DNA of 64,000 nt from an uncultured Acidobacteriaceae bacterium (GCA_963786095.1 CAWAXV010000038.1:32982-96981), one strand, 5' to 3'; positions 40,213 to 51,345 are shown, counted from the first letter of the stretch. The notes: generated by a model from the sequence alone, not told the origin. Made by a program: numbers and translations.

Positions 40213-41445
40213 CTAAGCGGGGAACGGGTACAGGGTAAAGCTCGGAACCACCCGGCGAATGACACCGCCTTCGGAAGGGGAATCGGGCCGCAATCCTTCC
40301 TGCAAGCAGCGGAACAAGGCGAGCTGCTGGCCGACCATCACATCCAGCACGGGTAGATCCTCGTCAGCAACATCCGGGCACTGGTATGGAACCACTAAGT
40401 CTTGCGCACAGGCTATGCTCTGAGTGACGCCATCGCCGGCGATGATCCGCGCCAGCCCGAGTCGCTTTTCCTTCATTTCTGTCAGGACATCGGTCTCGTA
40501 AGCACGTACCAGCGGATCCGACGACAGGAAGCAAACCACCAAGGTGTCGCCGTGAATGCCGCTCATAGGCCCGTGGCGTAATCCCAGGAACGTTTCACAT
40601 GTCGTGGCAACCCGGCCCGCCGTCATTTCCAGCATCTTGAGCGAGGCTTCCCTCGCCGCCGCGAGCCGAGCTCCGCTGCCCAAAAACACAGCGCGTCGAA
40701 ACGGCTTTTGGGCGAGTTTCGCCAACTTAGTCATTTGATCCCGCAGAAGGGTGGATGCGCTGCGCGCCAACGCGGCAACCAATGTGTTGTATGCGGCTGA
40801 ATCCTTAGAAAAGCCCAGAAAACTTGCGCCAAGCGCCATATTCGTGAAACTGCTCGTCATGACCAGGCTTCGGTCATTCGTGGCGTCGGCCAGCGTAATA
40901 ACGCGCACTTTCGGATCGCCGCGGAAGGCGTTGGCGAGACTTCCCTCCCGGTTGCAGGTCAGAACCAGGTGACGCACATCAGGCTCTAGCTGTCGAACCA
41001 GGGCGAGCGCCCCAACGCTTTCGGGACTATCTCCGGAACGAGCCAGCGACACCATCAACGAAGGTTTACCAACCGGCAACGCATACCTGCCGCGTGCGAG
41101 CAACGCTCCGGCAGCCACAGCCTCCACGTTGATCCCCAGTCTCTTGCGAAGTGCCAGGCGCGCGCAGTCACCCGCATATTCTGAGCTTCCGGATCCCGAC
41201 AGAGCCAGCCACGAAATCCCATCGACCAGATCGCGCAATTCGCCCGCGTGGGACTGCATGAGTTCAGAGGTGCGAACCCAGGTCGAAGGCTGCTGGGCGA
41301 TTTCGCGGAACGTATGGAAATATCCCAGCCGTCGCTGCTCCTCGTCGCTTCGTTCCAGCAATTCCCTTGCAACTGGCTGGACTTCGGAGAGGTGGCCTAA
41401 CCACTCGGCCTGCGACAGGAACGGCGAATAAACGGGGGTCGACAT
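40213..41445 (-). CDS. SIS-domain sugar isomerase/deaminase (AgaS / tagatose-6-P ketose-aldose isomerase-like)
   Basis: Two SIS modules (LALSGSGSSEYAG...SLARSGDSPES and VFLGSGARLAAAREASLKMLEMT). The start is taken at MSTPVYS (41445). Confidence 0.8.
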   Translation of the reverse strand: MSTPVYSPFLSQAEWLGHLSEVQPVARELLERSDEEQRRLGYFHTFREIAQQPSTWVRTSELMQSHAGELRDLVDGISWLALSGSGSSEYAGDCARLALRKRLGINVEAVAAGALLARGRYALPVGKPSLMVSLARSGDSPESVGALALVRQLEPDVRHLVLTCNREGSLANAFRGDPKVRVITLADATNDRSLVMTSSFTNMALGASFLGFSKDSAAYNTLVAALARSASTLLRDQMTKLAKLAQKPFRRAVFLGSGARLAAAREASLKMLEMTAGRVATTCETFLGLRHGPMSGIHGDTLVVCFLSSDPLVRAYETDVLTEMKEKRLGLARIIAGDGVTQSIACAQDLVVPYQCPDVADEDLPVLDVMVGQQLALFRCLQEGLRPDSPSEGGVIRRVVPSFTLYPFPA

Positions 41446-41508
41446 CGGAAATAGACAGCAATGAAAAGAAAGCAATGGTACAGTAAACGAAAGCAAACGG
41501 AGAATCAA

Positions 41509-42222
41509 ATGAATTCAGCAGAATCGAAGGGGGACCCTGAATCTTCCCGTGGGGCCGGGTTAGCAAGCCGATTCAGCGCGCTTTTGTTTGATCTTGACGG
41601 CGTCCTCATCGATTCCACTCCCGCTGTGCAGAGGGTTTGGGCCCAATGGGCAAAGGAACGCGGCCTTGACCCCGATACTGTGGTGGCCCACGCCCACGGC
41701 CGGCCTAGCTTGAGCACGGTCAGGCATTTTCTTCCCAACTCCGATCACGAGTCGGAAAATCGGGACGTCGAGCGCCGGGAAATCGAGGACGTGGAAGGGA
41801 TCGTCGTGCTGCCCGGTGCGGTGGAATTGTTGACGAGCCTTCCTCCACATCGCTGGACGATCGCGACTTCGTGCACACGTCTCTTGGCGGAAGCTCGGCT
41901 GCGTGCTGCCGGGCTACCCATTCCTCCAGGCATCGTGACTGCAACCGACGTGACTCGCGGCAAACCCGATCCTGAACCGTTTCTCAAAGCCGCGGCGAAG
42001 CTTGGCTTTCCCACCGCCGAATGCGTCGTCTGCGAAGATGTTCCTGCGGGCGTTCTGGCCGGCAAAGCTGCCGGGGCGCGGGTTGTCGCCCTACGCACAA
42101 CTTTTCCCGAAGGCGAGTTGCTCGTCGCAGGAGCCGACTTCGTCGTCAATAGTTGCGCCGACATATCCGTTACCGAGAGTCCCGGTAGCCTGGCGCTGCA
42201 TCTCAGGTCCGTTAACGTGTAA
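41509..42222 (+). CDS. HAD-superfamily sugar phosphatase / beta-phosphoglucomutase-like hydrolase
   Basis: LLFDLDGVLIDS (motif I), ATSCTR, RGKPDPEPFLKAA, and VCEDVPAGVLAGKAAGARVVAL. Confidence 0.85.
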   Translation: MNSAESKGDPESSRGAGLASRFSALLFDLDGVLIDSTPAVQRVWAQWAKERGLDPDTVVAHAHGRPSLSTVRHFLPNSDHESENRDVERREIEDVEGIVVLPGAVELLTSLPPHRWTIATSCTRLLAEARLRAAGLPIPPGIVTATDVTRGKPDPEPFLKAAAKLGFPTAECVVCEDVPAGVLAGKAAGARVVALRTTFPEGELLVAGADFVVNSCADISVTESPGSLALHLRSVNV

Positions 42223-42262
42223 ATTGCTGTTGACCATTCGCATCAAGAAGGAAATCACCGCC

Positions 42263-43804
42263 ATGCGTCGCAGAGACCTCCTGAAAAGCGCGGCACTCTT
42301 GCCTGCTCTGACTCGCCTGAACTTTGCATCCGTCGCGACTGGGGACGATCCAATCTGTTTCCCAACGCCGCCAGGAGAGCGCCTGAACCAGGGGCCCTTC
42401 GATATCGAGCAAGACCAGGGTTGGCAAACCATTCTGTTCACTACGCCCTCCGAAAAACCGATCCGAAATCCAGGACTCGGCCTAGTGGGATACACCTGGG
42501 AAGAGAGCGGTCCCTCTCTGGCGGCGCGCGCCGGTCGAGAAACACTGGAACAGCATGTGGAAAAAATCTCAAGCCTGCCATTCGTCGACGTTCTGTATAT
42601 TCGCTGCGATTGGCGCAACGTGCAATCTCGCCCCGGACGGCTCGATCTCGATCCCGTGTGGGCTCTGACGATGGACGCCGCGAAACGCAAAGGGCTTCGA
42701 GTCGCCTTTCGCATTCAGTTGTCAAATTACTTCTTTTCAGCCGGAACAGGTTGCCCTTCCTTCGTTCTTGCGCGAGCGCATTCCGCTGGTGAAGATCGGG
42801 CGCATTCCAGACAAGGGCGACGCCCAATTTCGGGAACCTCGTTATGACCACCCCGAATTTCAGAAAGCATTCGCGGAGTTGAACGATTTACTGGCGGCTG
42901 AGTTTGAAGGGCAATCCTCTGATCGAATGGATGGATCTGATGCAGTACGGCTTCTGGGGCGAAGGACACACCAGCGACTTTCCCAATCCTTTCCCGGACT
43001 ACGTCACAGCAGAACGAACTTTCGTGAACATGACGGCGCGTCAGCTCGACACGTGGAAGAAGACTCCCCTCGCGGTCAATACGCAGCCAGACATCAGCAA
43101 CGTCGGCAACCGCACCGTGATTGACATGGCGGTGCGGGCGGGCGCGTGGATGCGATCGGACAGCATTATCGTCGAGGAACCGATTCAGATCGATGAACTG
43201 GCCAATCGCCCGCCCTGGACCGCGGCGATCCTCGAGGATGGTTACTTCCGCCAGTACGACACGCAGACACTCAAAACGGATGCGGCTGGAATCAACGTGA
43301 TGGAAAATTACATGCTGCACGTTCTGGATGTGCGGGCGAATTACTGGGCTCTGTGGACCGAAGCGGACAATCTGGCGCGCTACAACGAGATGTATCCTCG
43401 CGGATTCGAACGGCTCCGCACCAGCCTGGGATACCGTCTGCGACCTTCCTGGGTGTGGCAACGAAAGAGATATGACACTTTTGAATTAATCGTATGCGTC
43501 AGCAATCGAGGAGTGGCTGGGGTTCCGGGTGTGCTGTGGCTGCACTTGCAGAGTCCCGACGGGAAGATGAATTTGAAGGGAGCACTCGACGCGGGACACC
43601 CTCGCTGGCGGCGGCCTCCGGCAGGCGTCCTTTCTGCTTCCTAAAGGCTACAGCGGCAAGCTCAATCTCTCGGCCCAGCTTGAGATGCGCAGGGGTGTAA
43701 AAAAGGCAATCGCCTGGGCGTGTGAACAGCCAGTTAATCCGGACGGCTCAATCACTATAGAACTCAAAGGAGAGAACGATCGTGGCTGGCGGAAAGGCGT
43801 TTGA
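42263..43804 (+). pseudogene. Tat-signal glycoside-hydrolase-like TIM-barrel protein (GH42/DUF4832-like), 3 frame changes
   Basis: MRRRDLLKSAALLPAL, then VDVLYIRCDWRNVQSRPG..., and IEWMDLMQYGFWGEGHTSD in the next frames. Shifts fall near 42722, 42900 and 43600, all behaving as one extra base. The family assignment is from memory only. Confidence 0.55.
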
Positions 43805-43842
43805 CGGCTCTCGGTCGGAATCGATTTCGCCGTAGACCTCCA

Positions 43843-44806
43843 TTAGCGAGTTGCGCCCTCGTTCGCAATCTGTGCGATCGCGAAGCAGAGTTCGACCGAC
43901 GGAAACACTTCGGCAATCGAGGGCTTCGCAGTCCCTCCGCTTAGGGCTTCAAGAAACGCTGCGGCTTCGTCATAGCAGCCATTCACGATGTCTTCGGGCG
44001 TCTGCAGCGGGTACGTTTTCTGCTCCGACAAGTCGGCCGTCCCGGAAGCAGCGCCATCCGAGTTGCGGACCGAAGGGGCACGTGACCGATGCCCGAAAGC
44101 CGTCGCCGAACAGGTCATAGGTTTCTTCCACCATTCCCGCTGTGGGCAGCACATCGATACGTCCGGAGATTCCGTTCTCGAATTGCAGGTCCAGCGCATA
44201 CCACGCTGTTGCTCCTGAGGGCGCCTTCAAAGTGCGAAGGTCAAATGCGACAACTTGCCCTGCGATGTAGCGCAAAGTATCTACCGCGTGGACTGCGGTA
44301 GCCCATAGGAACTCGGGTTCCTGACGCGCATGCCTGGCCATAGTGCAGTGTACGTAGCGAAGAGCGCCGGCATTGTGCGTCCACTCGATCGCGCGGTTCA
44401 GAGATCGGCATGAACCGCCGGTTCACAGAAACCATGTTCGAAGTCTTCGTTGCGGCAGCGGAATCTCGCAGCGCCTGCGCTTCGGCCAGCGATGCGCCGA
44501 GAGGCTTTTCCACCACGCACGGAATACCCAGACTTAGCAGTTTGATTCCAAGTTCAGAAATGTTTTCCGGCGGCACGACGGCGATGCAGCCGTCGAGATT
44601 TTCCTGCCTGCAACATATCGTCGACATTCCGATACGCCGCCAGAAAGCCGTATTTTCTGCTGAAGTCCCGCGCGCGTTCGATCTGCAGGTCGCACACCGC
44701 GGCCAGCAGGATTTCGTCGGGATGCGCGGCTTTGTATCGCGCCAGCGGGATCGCGTGCCCGCTCTCTGAATGCTGCTCCGCAGCCGATCAATCCAAGACG
44801 AATCAT
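43843..44806 (-). pseudogene. Gfo/Idh/MocA family oxidoreductase, ~4 frame changes
   Basis: MIRLGLIGCG..., IAVVPPENISELGIKLLSLGIPCVVEKPLG, and MVSVNRRFMP, with the C-terminal domain in further frames (ORFs 44241-44627, 43970-44341, 43843-44199). Confidence 0.75.
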
Positions 44807-44816
44807 AGTTCGACGA

Positions 44817-46547
44817 TCATGGGCTCGACGACTGGCTAGCGGTACTGCCGATCGGAAGGTCCTTGCTATCAAGTGTTGGTTTTGCGCGTTCGCGGTTCCG
44901 CGCACAAACCATAGAGACCCTCCCACCGCAACCGTGAGCGCAGCGAACCATACCACCGTGATCCGCTGATTGGGCGGCACGGTGAAGAGCAAGCACCAGG
45001 CTCAGCAATCCAATGAAGGAAATCGTGCGGCTCAGAAAGCGGAATACGGGCGCGGTGAAATCGGCGGAATCCTTCAATTCGGTGGCAACGTCGACGGGCG
45101 TATTCAGGTTCCTGAACAGCAGCGCCCGCCCGGGCGTATCTCCCCGGTCGAACAGCATGGTCAGGAAAAAAACTCCGAAGGACGCGGGAATAATGATCGC
45201 GACCTGCTGAATGAGCGACCAGTGATAGACGAAGGCGCCAAGCATGCCCAGAATCAGTCCGGTGGCGAATGAGGCCAGACCCGACCAGGGCGGCGTCCGC
45301 CGCACCACCAGCCCCAGCAAAGCAGGCGGGCCGTACGCCAGCGACATCAGCGTATTGAATGTCAGCATGATCTGGAAGACGCTCTGCCCGCTGGCAGCCA
45401 TGATCACGGCGATCACGGTGGTCGCTCCTCCGATCAGAAACGTCGTGACCCAACCCACGACCAGCAGTTCGTGTTCTCCCGCGCTCTTGCGGAACAGCGA
45501 CTGATATACATCTTTGGTGAGAATCGCAGATTTCACATTGAACTGGGCCGAAAGATTGGCCATGGTCGCGCTGAACATGGCTGCCAACATGACTCCGATC
45601 AGGCCATGCGGCAGCAACGTCAGACTGGCGACCGCGTAAGCTGCTTCGCTGGCGTTGGGCAGGCCCATGCGGGGCAGTTCCGGATAAACCACGCGCATCG
45701 CCATCGGCGGAATAAACCACAAGAAAGCCCCGACGAAAAACAGTCCGCAGCACAGCAATGCGATTTTGCGCGCCGAGCGCTCGTCGTCCACGCTGAAGTA
45801 GCGCTGCGCCATGGCGCTGGTGTTGTAGCCGAACGAGACCATGATCGTCCATGAGGCGATGTAGAGCCAGCCAAACTCCCCGGAAACATGCAGCGTTTTC
45901 ATTTCCGGCGGCAGCGAATGCACCAGGCCGCTCACGCCGCCCACGCGGGCGAGAGACATGACGACCAGAACCATGCAAAACGGCATGAGGATGGAGGCTT
46001 GCAGAAAATCGGTGACGACCACGGCCCACAAGCCGCCCAGCACGCAGTAGAAAACGATCAGGGCGCCGGCGCCGAGAATGGTCCAGGTCACAGGAAAGCC
46101 GCAGGCGGAAGATACGAAGAGGCTCAGACCAAACAGCGTGCTGGCACTGGTAAACAGCTGGAACACGATCGTGGTCCAGGAAAAAACTTGATGAGTAGCC
46201 GGGTTGAAGCGCCCCGAGAGATATTCCATCACGGTGGTGATGCGGCTGCGCCGCCAGCGCTTGGCGAAGACGAAGTAGCCGAGCAGAAAACTCAAAGCAT
46301 TTCCGATGTAGAGCCCAATGGCCGCGATGCCCGAGCGATAGGCGACACCGGCGGCCCCGGTGAAGGTCCAGGCACTGAACCCAGACATGAAACAACTCAG
46401 GCCGGCGACCAGCCAGGGAATGCGGCTGCCGCCGCGAAAATATTCGGCCGCACCCCGGTTGAAGCGCAAAACGTAGAAGCCCACCCGCACCATCAGCAGC
46501 GCGTAGAGGGCGATGACCACGTAGTCGACGGAGTTTGCGCTTGCCAT
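44817..46547 (-). pseudogene. Sodium:solute symporter (SSS) family transporter, compensating pair of frame changes near the 3' end
   Basis: MASANSVDYVVIALYALLMV...RGGSRIPWLVAGLS, about 13 TM helices. The last helix (ITVVWFAALTVAVGGSLWFV) is in another frame between about 45000 and 44820-44910, after which the original frame resumes to the stop at 44817. Confidence 0.8.
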
Positions 46548-46627
46548 AGAAAAGCCAGGCTTCCTTATACTTTGTTTTTCGCTGAAATAGAAGCCAAGAA
46601 ACAACAAACGAAAGAAATAGTCGCCAT

Positions 46628-47661
46628 GTGAATGCTATACTCGGTCCCGCCATGCGCCGTCCTTCCCTTCTGATCAGTGCCGGAGAAGAACTGTTTGCCT
46701 CTTTCTTTCCCGCGCAAGAGCAACAGCGCTTGAGCCGTCGATTCCGATGGGAACGGCAAGGAACCAGCAAATTCACCGCCGATTTCAAGCAGCGCTTGAG
46801 CACCGCAGACGCGCTGGTGACTACCTGGGACAGCCCTCATTTCGGCGACGAGCTTGCCGCTTCTGGCCCCGCAACTGCGCATGATTGCCCACTGCGGAGG
46901 AGAAGTGAAATCGCGCTTCTCTCGATCCCTGTTCAAACACCTGACCATCACCAACGCACCCGCTCCCATGGCACGCGCCACCGCTGAGTTGGGTGCCGCT
47001 CTGCTTTTGTATTGCGCACGCAATGTCGACTTCTATCGTTCCGAACTGCGAAAGCGGTCGAACCGGATCTATGACGAAGTGCACCTCCACGGCAGTTCGG
47101 AATCACTGATCGGGCAGACGGTGGCCATGATCGGCTTTGGCCGGATCGGTCGCGCGCTGGTGGATTTGCTGCGAGGCTTCGACATCAAGTGGTTGGTTCA
47201 TGACCCCTACGCTCCGCGCTCTCTCTCGCGGCAGATATCCCGTGCGATTCGTCGGTTTACAGAAGTTGCTGCCCCAGGCTCATTTGCTGGTCCTGACCGC
47301 GGCGTTGACCGAACAAACCCGGGGCCTGCTGGGTCGGCAAAACCTGGCGCACCTGCCGGACGGCGCTGCATCATCAACATCGCCCGTGGTGGGCCTGATT
47401 GATCTGGATGCTCTCAGGAAAGAGGTGCAGAGCGGGCGGCTGCGCTGTGCTCTCGACGTAACTGATCCGCAGGAACCGCTTCTGGTCGGAGATCCGTTGC
47501 GGACGATGCCAGGGGCAATCGTTACGCCGCATATCGCGGGGAGCGGACGGCGCGTCCGGGAAGGCATCGCGCGTGTCGTATTGGATGACCTGGAAAGATT
47601 TTTCAGCGGCAAGAGAGTTGAAAATCGGGTGACAACTTCCATGCTGGACCGGATGACGTGA
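46628..47661 (+). pseudogene. D-isomer-specific 2-hydroxyacid dehydrogenase family protein, ~4 frame changes
   Basis: GQTVAMIGFGRIGRALV (NAD-binding) and IINIARGGLIDLDAL...TPHIAGS. The pieces are ORFs 46628-46987, 46854-47402 and 47137-47661. ATG 46652 is an alternative start. Confidence 0.75.
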
Positions 47662-48481
47662 GCGGTGAAGAGATTTCGTTCTCAACGCTGGCCTGCCCGG
47701 ACTGGACGATGCCACAAATCATCGCGATCGCCGTGGGCGAGGGCTATGACGGCATCGAGTTGCGTTTTGTGCAAGGCGAGGACTCGTTGTGGAAGTTGCC
47801 GGTGTTTTCAGGAAAGGAACTGGCATCCACCAAACGGGCACTTGCGGATCAGGCTTTGACCATCTCGTGCCTGGATACAAGTTGCCGATTTCATTCGCCC
47901 GATGCAGCCGAGCGCGGACGTTGGATCACGGAGGGAGAACGGATGGCGGATCTGGCCGCGGAGTTGGGTGCGCCGGGCCTGCGAGTTTTCGGGGACACGA
48001 TCCAACCGGGAGCGGACCGCACCTCCACGCAAAGCTGGATCGCAGAGTCCATTCGGGAATTGGCGAGATCGCCGCAGCAAGAGGAGTCGAGGTCTGGATC
48101 GAGAATCACGGTGACTTTGCGGCTGCGAGTGAGACAGCGGCGATCCTTAACGCAAGCGGCCTCTCCAAAAATCGGCGTGGTCTGGGACCCGGCGAACAGT
48201 TTCGTTGCGACCGAGGAGCAACCCGCGGACGGTGCCGCGCGGTTGGGAGCTGCGATTCGCCATGTTCACATCAAGGATTTGCGGCGCGATCAGACACGGG
48301 TGGAATTATGTCCTGACGGGCGAGGGCGACTTTCCCCTTGCTCGAATTGAAAGCGGCTTTGACATGATCTCCAATACGACCGCTTCCTTTCTTTCGAGTG
48401 GGAAAAGAAGTGGCACCCGGAAATCGCAGACGCTGATATTGCCCTGCCGCACTTCGCGCGCTGGTTTCGGAAGAACTTCGC
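47658..48481 (+). pseudogene. Xylose-isomerase-like TIM-barrel protein (sugar phosphate isomerase/epimerase family), ~4 frame changes, 3' end unresolved
   Basis: GYDGIELRF..., GVEVWIENHGDF..., IRHVHIKD..., and YDRFLSFEWE in alternating frames. The GTG start overlaps the upstream stop (GTGA). No in-frame stop is found before the next gene. Confidence 0.65.
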
Positions 48482-49302
48482 ATGCGAACTGGCAGCGAAA
48501 AACTGCGCAGCTTGCGTGTCGAAGACATTCCGGCGGCAGCCAAGTTGTCCGCGCAGGCGGGATGGAACCAGACGGAGGAAGACTGGCGGACGCTGCTGGA
48601 ACTTAGTCCGCGAAGGCTGTCTGGCAATCGAAGTGGATGGCGTTCTGGCTGCGACCACGACTCTGCTTTGTTATGGGCGCAGCCTGGCGTGGATCGGGAT
48701 GGTTCTAACCAAGGCAGAGTATCAGCGACGCGGCTTTGCCAGAACAGCTGCTGGCGCGCACGTTAGAGAATGCAGACAAGATGGGAATCGAAACCATAAA
48801 ACTCGATGCCACCGATCAGGGGCAGCCGCTCTACGAGAGACTCGGATTTCGATGCGAGCAGGAAATCGAGCGCTGGTCGCGGCCCGGCGGGAACGCACAA
48901 CTACCGGCCGGCGCGGCATCCGTGGAGGATCCGTGGCGCGACCTGGATTCGCTGGTATTCGGGACTGATCGTTCACAACTTCTCGGAAGACTCGCGCAGA
49001 TCAACCCTCCGACATCAATTTCGCAGTCGTATTTGTTTTCCAGGCCCGGCCGCGTGACTGCGTACCTGGGACCGTGCGTCAGCGAGAATCCGGACACCGC
49101 TCGTCGCATGATCGAGGAGTGCGTACAGAACACGAGGTGTGCCTGGTCATGGGATCTGTTCCCGCGAAATCAACACGCGGTGGCGCTGGCTCGCGATTTG
49201 GGCTTTTCTCCAAAACGGCATCTTGTGCGCATGGCTCGTGGCAAGGAATTGCGGGAAAACGAAAATTCGATTTACGCGATCGCAGGATTTGAACTCGGAT
49301 GA
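48482..49302 (+). pseudogene. GNAT family N-acetyltransferase, 2 frame changes
   Basis: LRVEDIPAAAKLSAQAGWNQTEEDW, ...WIGMVLTKAEYQRRGFAR, and LYERLGFR. Pieces lie in ORFs 48482-48766, 48516-48968 and 48736-49302. Confidence 0.7.
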
Positions 49303-50330
49303 CCGTAAAGATCAAAACGGAATCAGAATTGGAAGAATTGCTCTCGCGCCCCGACGAAGAGACCGCATCGGCAATGGCGGCGCTGGACGGCGATCTTCTC
49401 ATCCTCGGAGCCGGCGGCAAGATGGGTCCAAGCCTGGCGCGTCTTGCGCGGCGCGCTATTGACGAGGCGGGCGTCAAGAAGCGGGTGATCGCAGTCGCCC
49501 GGTTCACGAATGACAAACTGCCATCTGACTTCGCCGCGCAGGGGATCGAAACTATCGCCTGTGATTTGCTCGACCGCAGTTCGCTCGAAAAACTTCCCGA
49601 GATTCCCAACGTCGTCTTCATGGCTGCCCGAAAATTCGGCACCTCTGGCGAAGAACATCTGACGTGGGCGATGAATACGTACCTGCCTGGGCTGGTCGCC
49701 GAACGTTACCGCAACTCCAGAATCGTGGCCTTTTCCACGGGAAATGTTTACCCGCTACGTCCGCTGAAAGACGGTGGAGCGGTCGAGACGACACCAGTCG
49801 GTCCCGTCGGTGAGTATGCGCAGTCGGCTCTGGGCCGCGAGCGCATGTTCGAATATGGATCGATGCGCTGGCGCACTCCGGTCGTTCTCTTGCGCCTGAA
49901 CTATGCAGTCGAGCTGCGCTACGGAGTGCTCGTGGATATTGGACGTGCCGTATTCGAACGACGTCCCATCGACCTGTGCATGCCGCGTGTGAATGTGATC
50001 TGGCAGCGCGATGCTAACGCGTGGTGTCTGCGGTCTTTTGCCCATTGCCAGTCGCCGCCCTTGGTCCTGAACATCACGGGCCCCGAGACGCTTTCGGTGC
50101 GCGAACTGGCACTCGAATTTGGCCAACACTTTGGCGTCGAACCCAACTTTGTTTCGTCAACGGAAGGCTCGAGCGCCCTGTTGAGTAACGTCAGCAAGGC
50201 GCGTGGCCTTTTCGGAGCTCCTACAGTGAAGCCGAAGGAAATGATCGAGTGGATTGCGAATTGGATCCGCGACGGCGGTTCCGTGCTGAATAAGCCAACT
50301 CATTTTCAGACGCGGGACGGGAAATTCTGA
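49299..50330 (+). CDS. NAD-dependent epimerase/dehydratase family protein
   Basis: Rossmann motif LLILGAGGKMGPSL in an intact 343-aa ORF. The start overlaps the upstream stop (ATGA). Confidence 0.75.
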   Translation: MTVKIKTESELEELLSRPDEETASAMAALDGDLLILGAGGKMGPSLARLARRAIDEAGVKKRVIAVARFTNDKLPSDFAAQGIETIACDLLDRSSLEKLPEIPNVVFMAARKFGTSGEEHLTWAMNTYLPGLVAERYRNSRIVAFSTGNVYPLRPLKDGGAVETTPVGPVGEYAQSALGRERMFEYGSMRWRTPVVLLRLNYAVELRYGVLVDIGRAVFERRPIDLCMPRVNVIWQRDANAWCLRSFAHCQSPPLVLNITGPETLSVRELALEFGQHFGVEPNFVSSTEGSSALLSNVSKARGLFGAPTVKPKEMIEWIANWIRDGGSVLNKPTHFQTRDGKF

Positions 50331-51345
50331 TGCAGTTGCGCGACAAACTGCTTTCCGGCCTGGTCATTCCCGCCCATCCTCTGGCCCTGAACTCGCAACG
50401 CCAACTGGACGAGCGCCGCCAGCGCGCTCTCACTCGATACTATCTGGCCGCAGGCGCAGGCGGCATCGCTGTGGGTGTTCACACCACCCAGTTTGCCATT
50501 CGCGATCCCAAGTTTGGATTGCTCGAACCGGTGCTTACATTGGCTGCCGAAGAGAGTCGCGGCAATGACATCGTGAAGATTGCCGGAGTTTGCGGCAAAC
50601 GCAAGCAGGCGTTAGCCGAAGCGGAACTCGCCGCCAGATTGGGCTACGATGCCGCGCTGTTGAGTCTTGCCGATCTTAAACACGAAACCATTTCTCAGCT
50701 TCTGGAACACGCCCGCGCCATTGCCGCGGTCGTCCCGATTATCGGTTTCTACTTGCAGCCTGCCGTCGGAGGACGACTGTTGTCCTACGAATTCTGGCGC
50801 CAGTTCGTAGAGATTGAAAACGTGGTCGCGATTAAGATCGCGCCGTTCAACCGCTATCAAACGCTCGACGTCGTTCGCGCACTGGCGCAGTCAGGCCGCA
50901 CCGCAGGAAGTCGCTCTCTATACCGGAAACGATGACAACATTCTGAACGATCTGCTCACGAAGTTTGACTTCGGCACTCAGCCGCTTCGAATCGCCGGCG
51001 GCTTGCTGGGCCATTGGGCGGTGTGGACCAAGACTGCCGTTTCTCACCTCGCCCTCGCCAAGCAACACTCCGATTCCGTTCCCGGCGAACTGCTGACCCT
51101 CGCCCAGCAAATCACGGATGCGAATGCGGCCATCTTCGATCCCGCGCACAATTTTCAGGGATGTATTCCGGGCATCCATGAGATATTGCGGCGACAGGGC
51201 TTGCTCGAAGGGCGCTGGTGTCTCGACCCGGACGAGGAGCTCTCTCCCGGTCAGAGCGCGGAAATCGATCGCGTGTGCCGAGCCTATCCGCATCTTGCAG
51301 GATGATGCATTCGTGCAGGAGCACCTTGATGAATGGCTTCGCTAA
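50330..51345 (+). pseudogene. Dihydrodipicolinate synthase (DapA)/class I aldolase family protein, 2 frame changes
   Basis: GIAVGVHTTQFAIR... and VVAIKIAPFN. It continues as EEVALYTGNDDNILNDLL in the next frame (shift near 50900), and the terminal HLQDDAFVQEHLDEWLR lies in the third frame (shift near 51297). Confidence 0.7.

Noticed and set aside
40095-40265. N-terminal extension of the 1292-aa track ORF for the TonB receptor.
   Set aside because: The extension overlaps the end of the SIS gene and the AT-rich spacer. A canonical signal peptide with an AGGAG RBS begins at the internal ATG at 40094.
2934-51345. Programmed ribosomal frameshifting or other recoding as an explanation for the split genes.
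   Set aside because: There are dozens of events in unrelated genes. I saw no shared slippery heptamer or downstream structure at the sites I could pin, and both directions occur. Recoding sites are rare and gene-specific.
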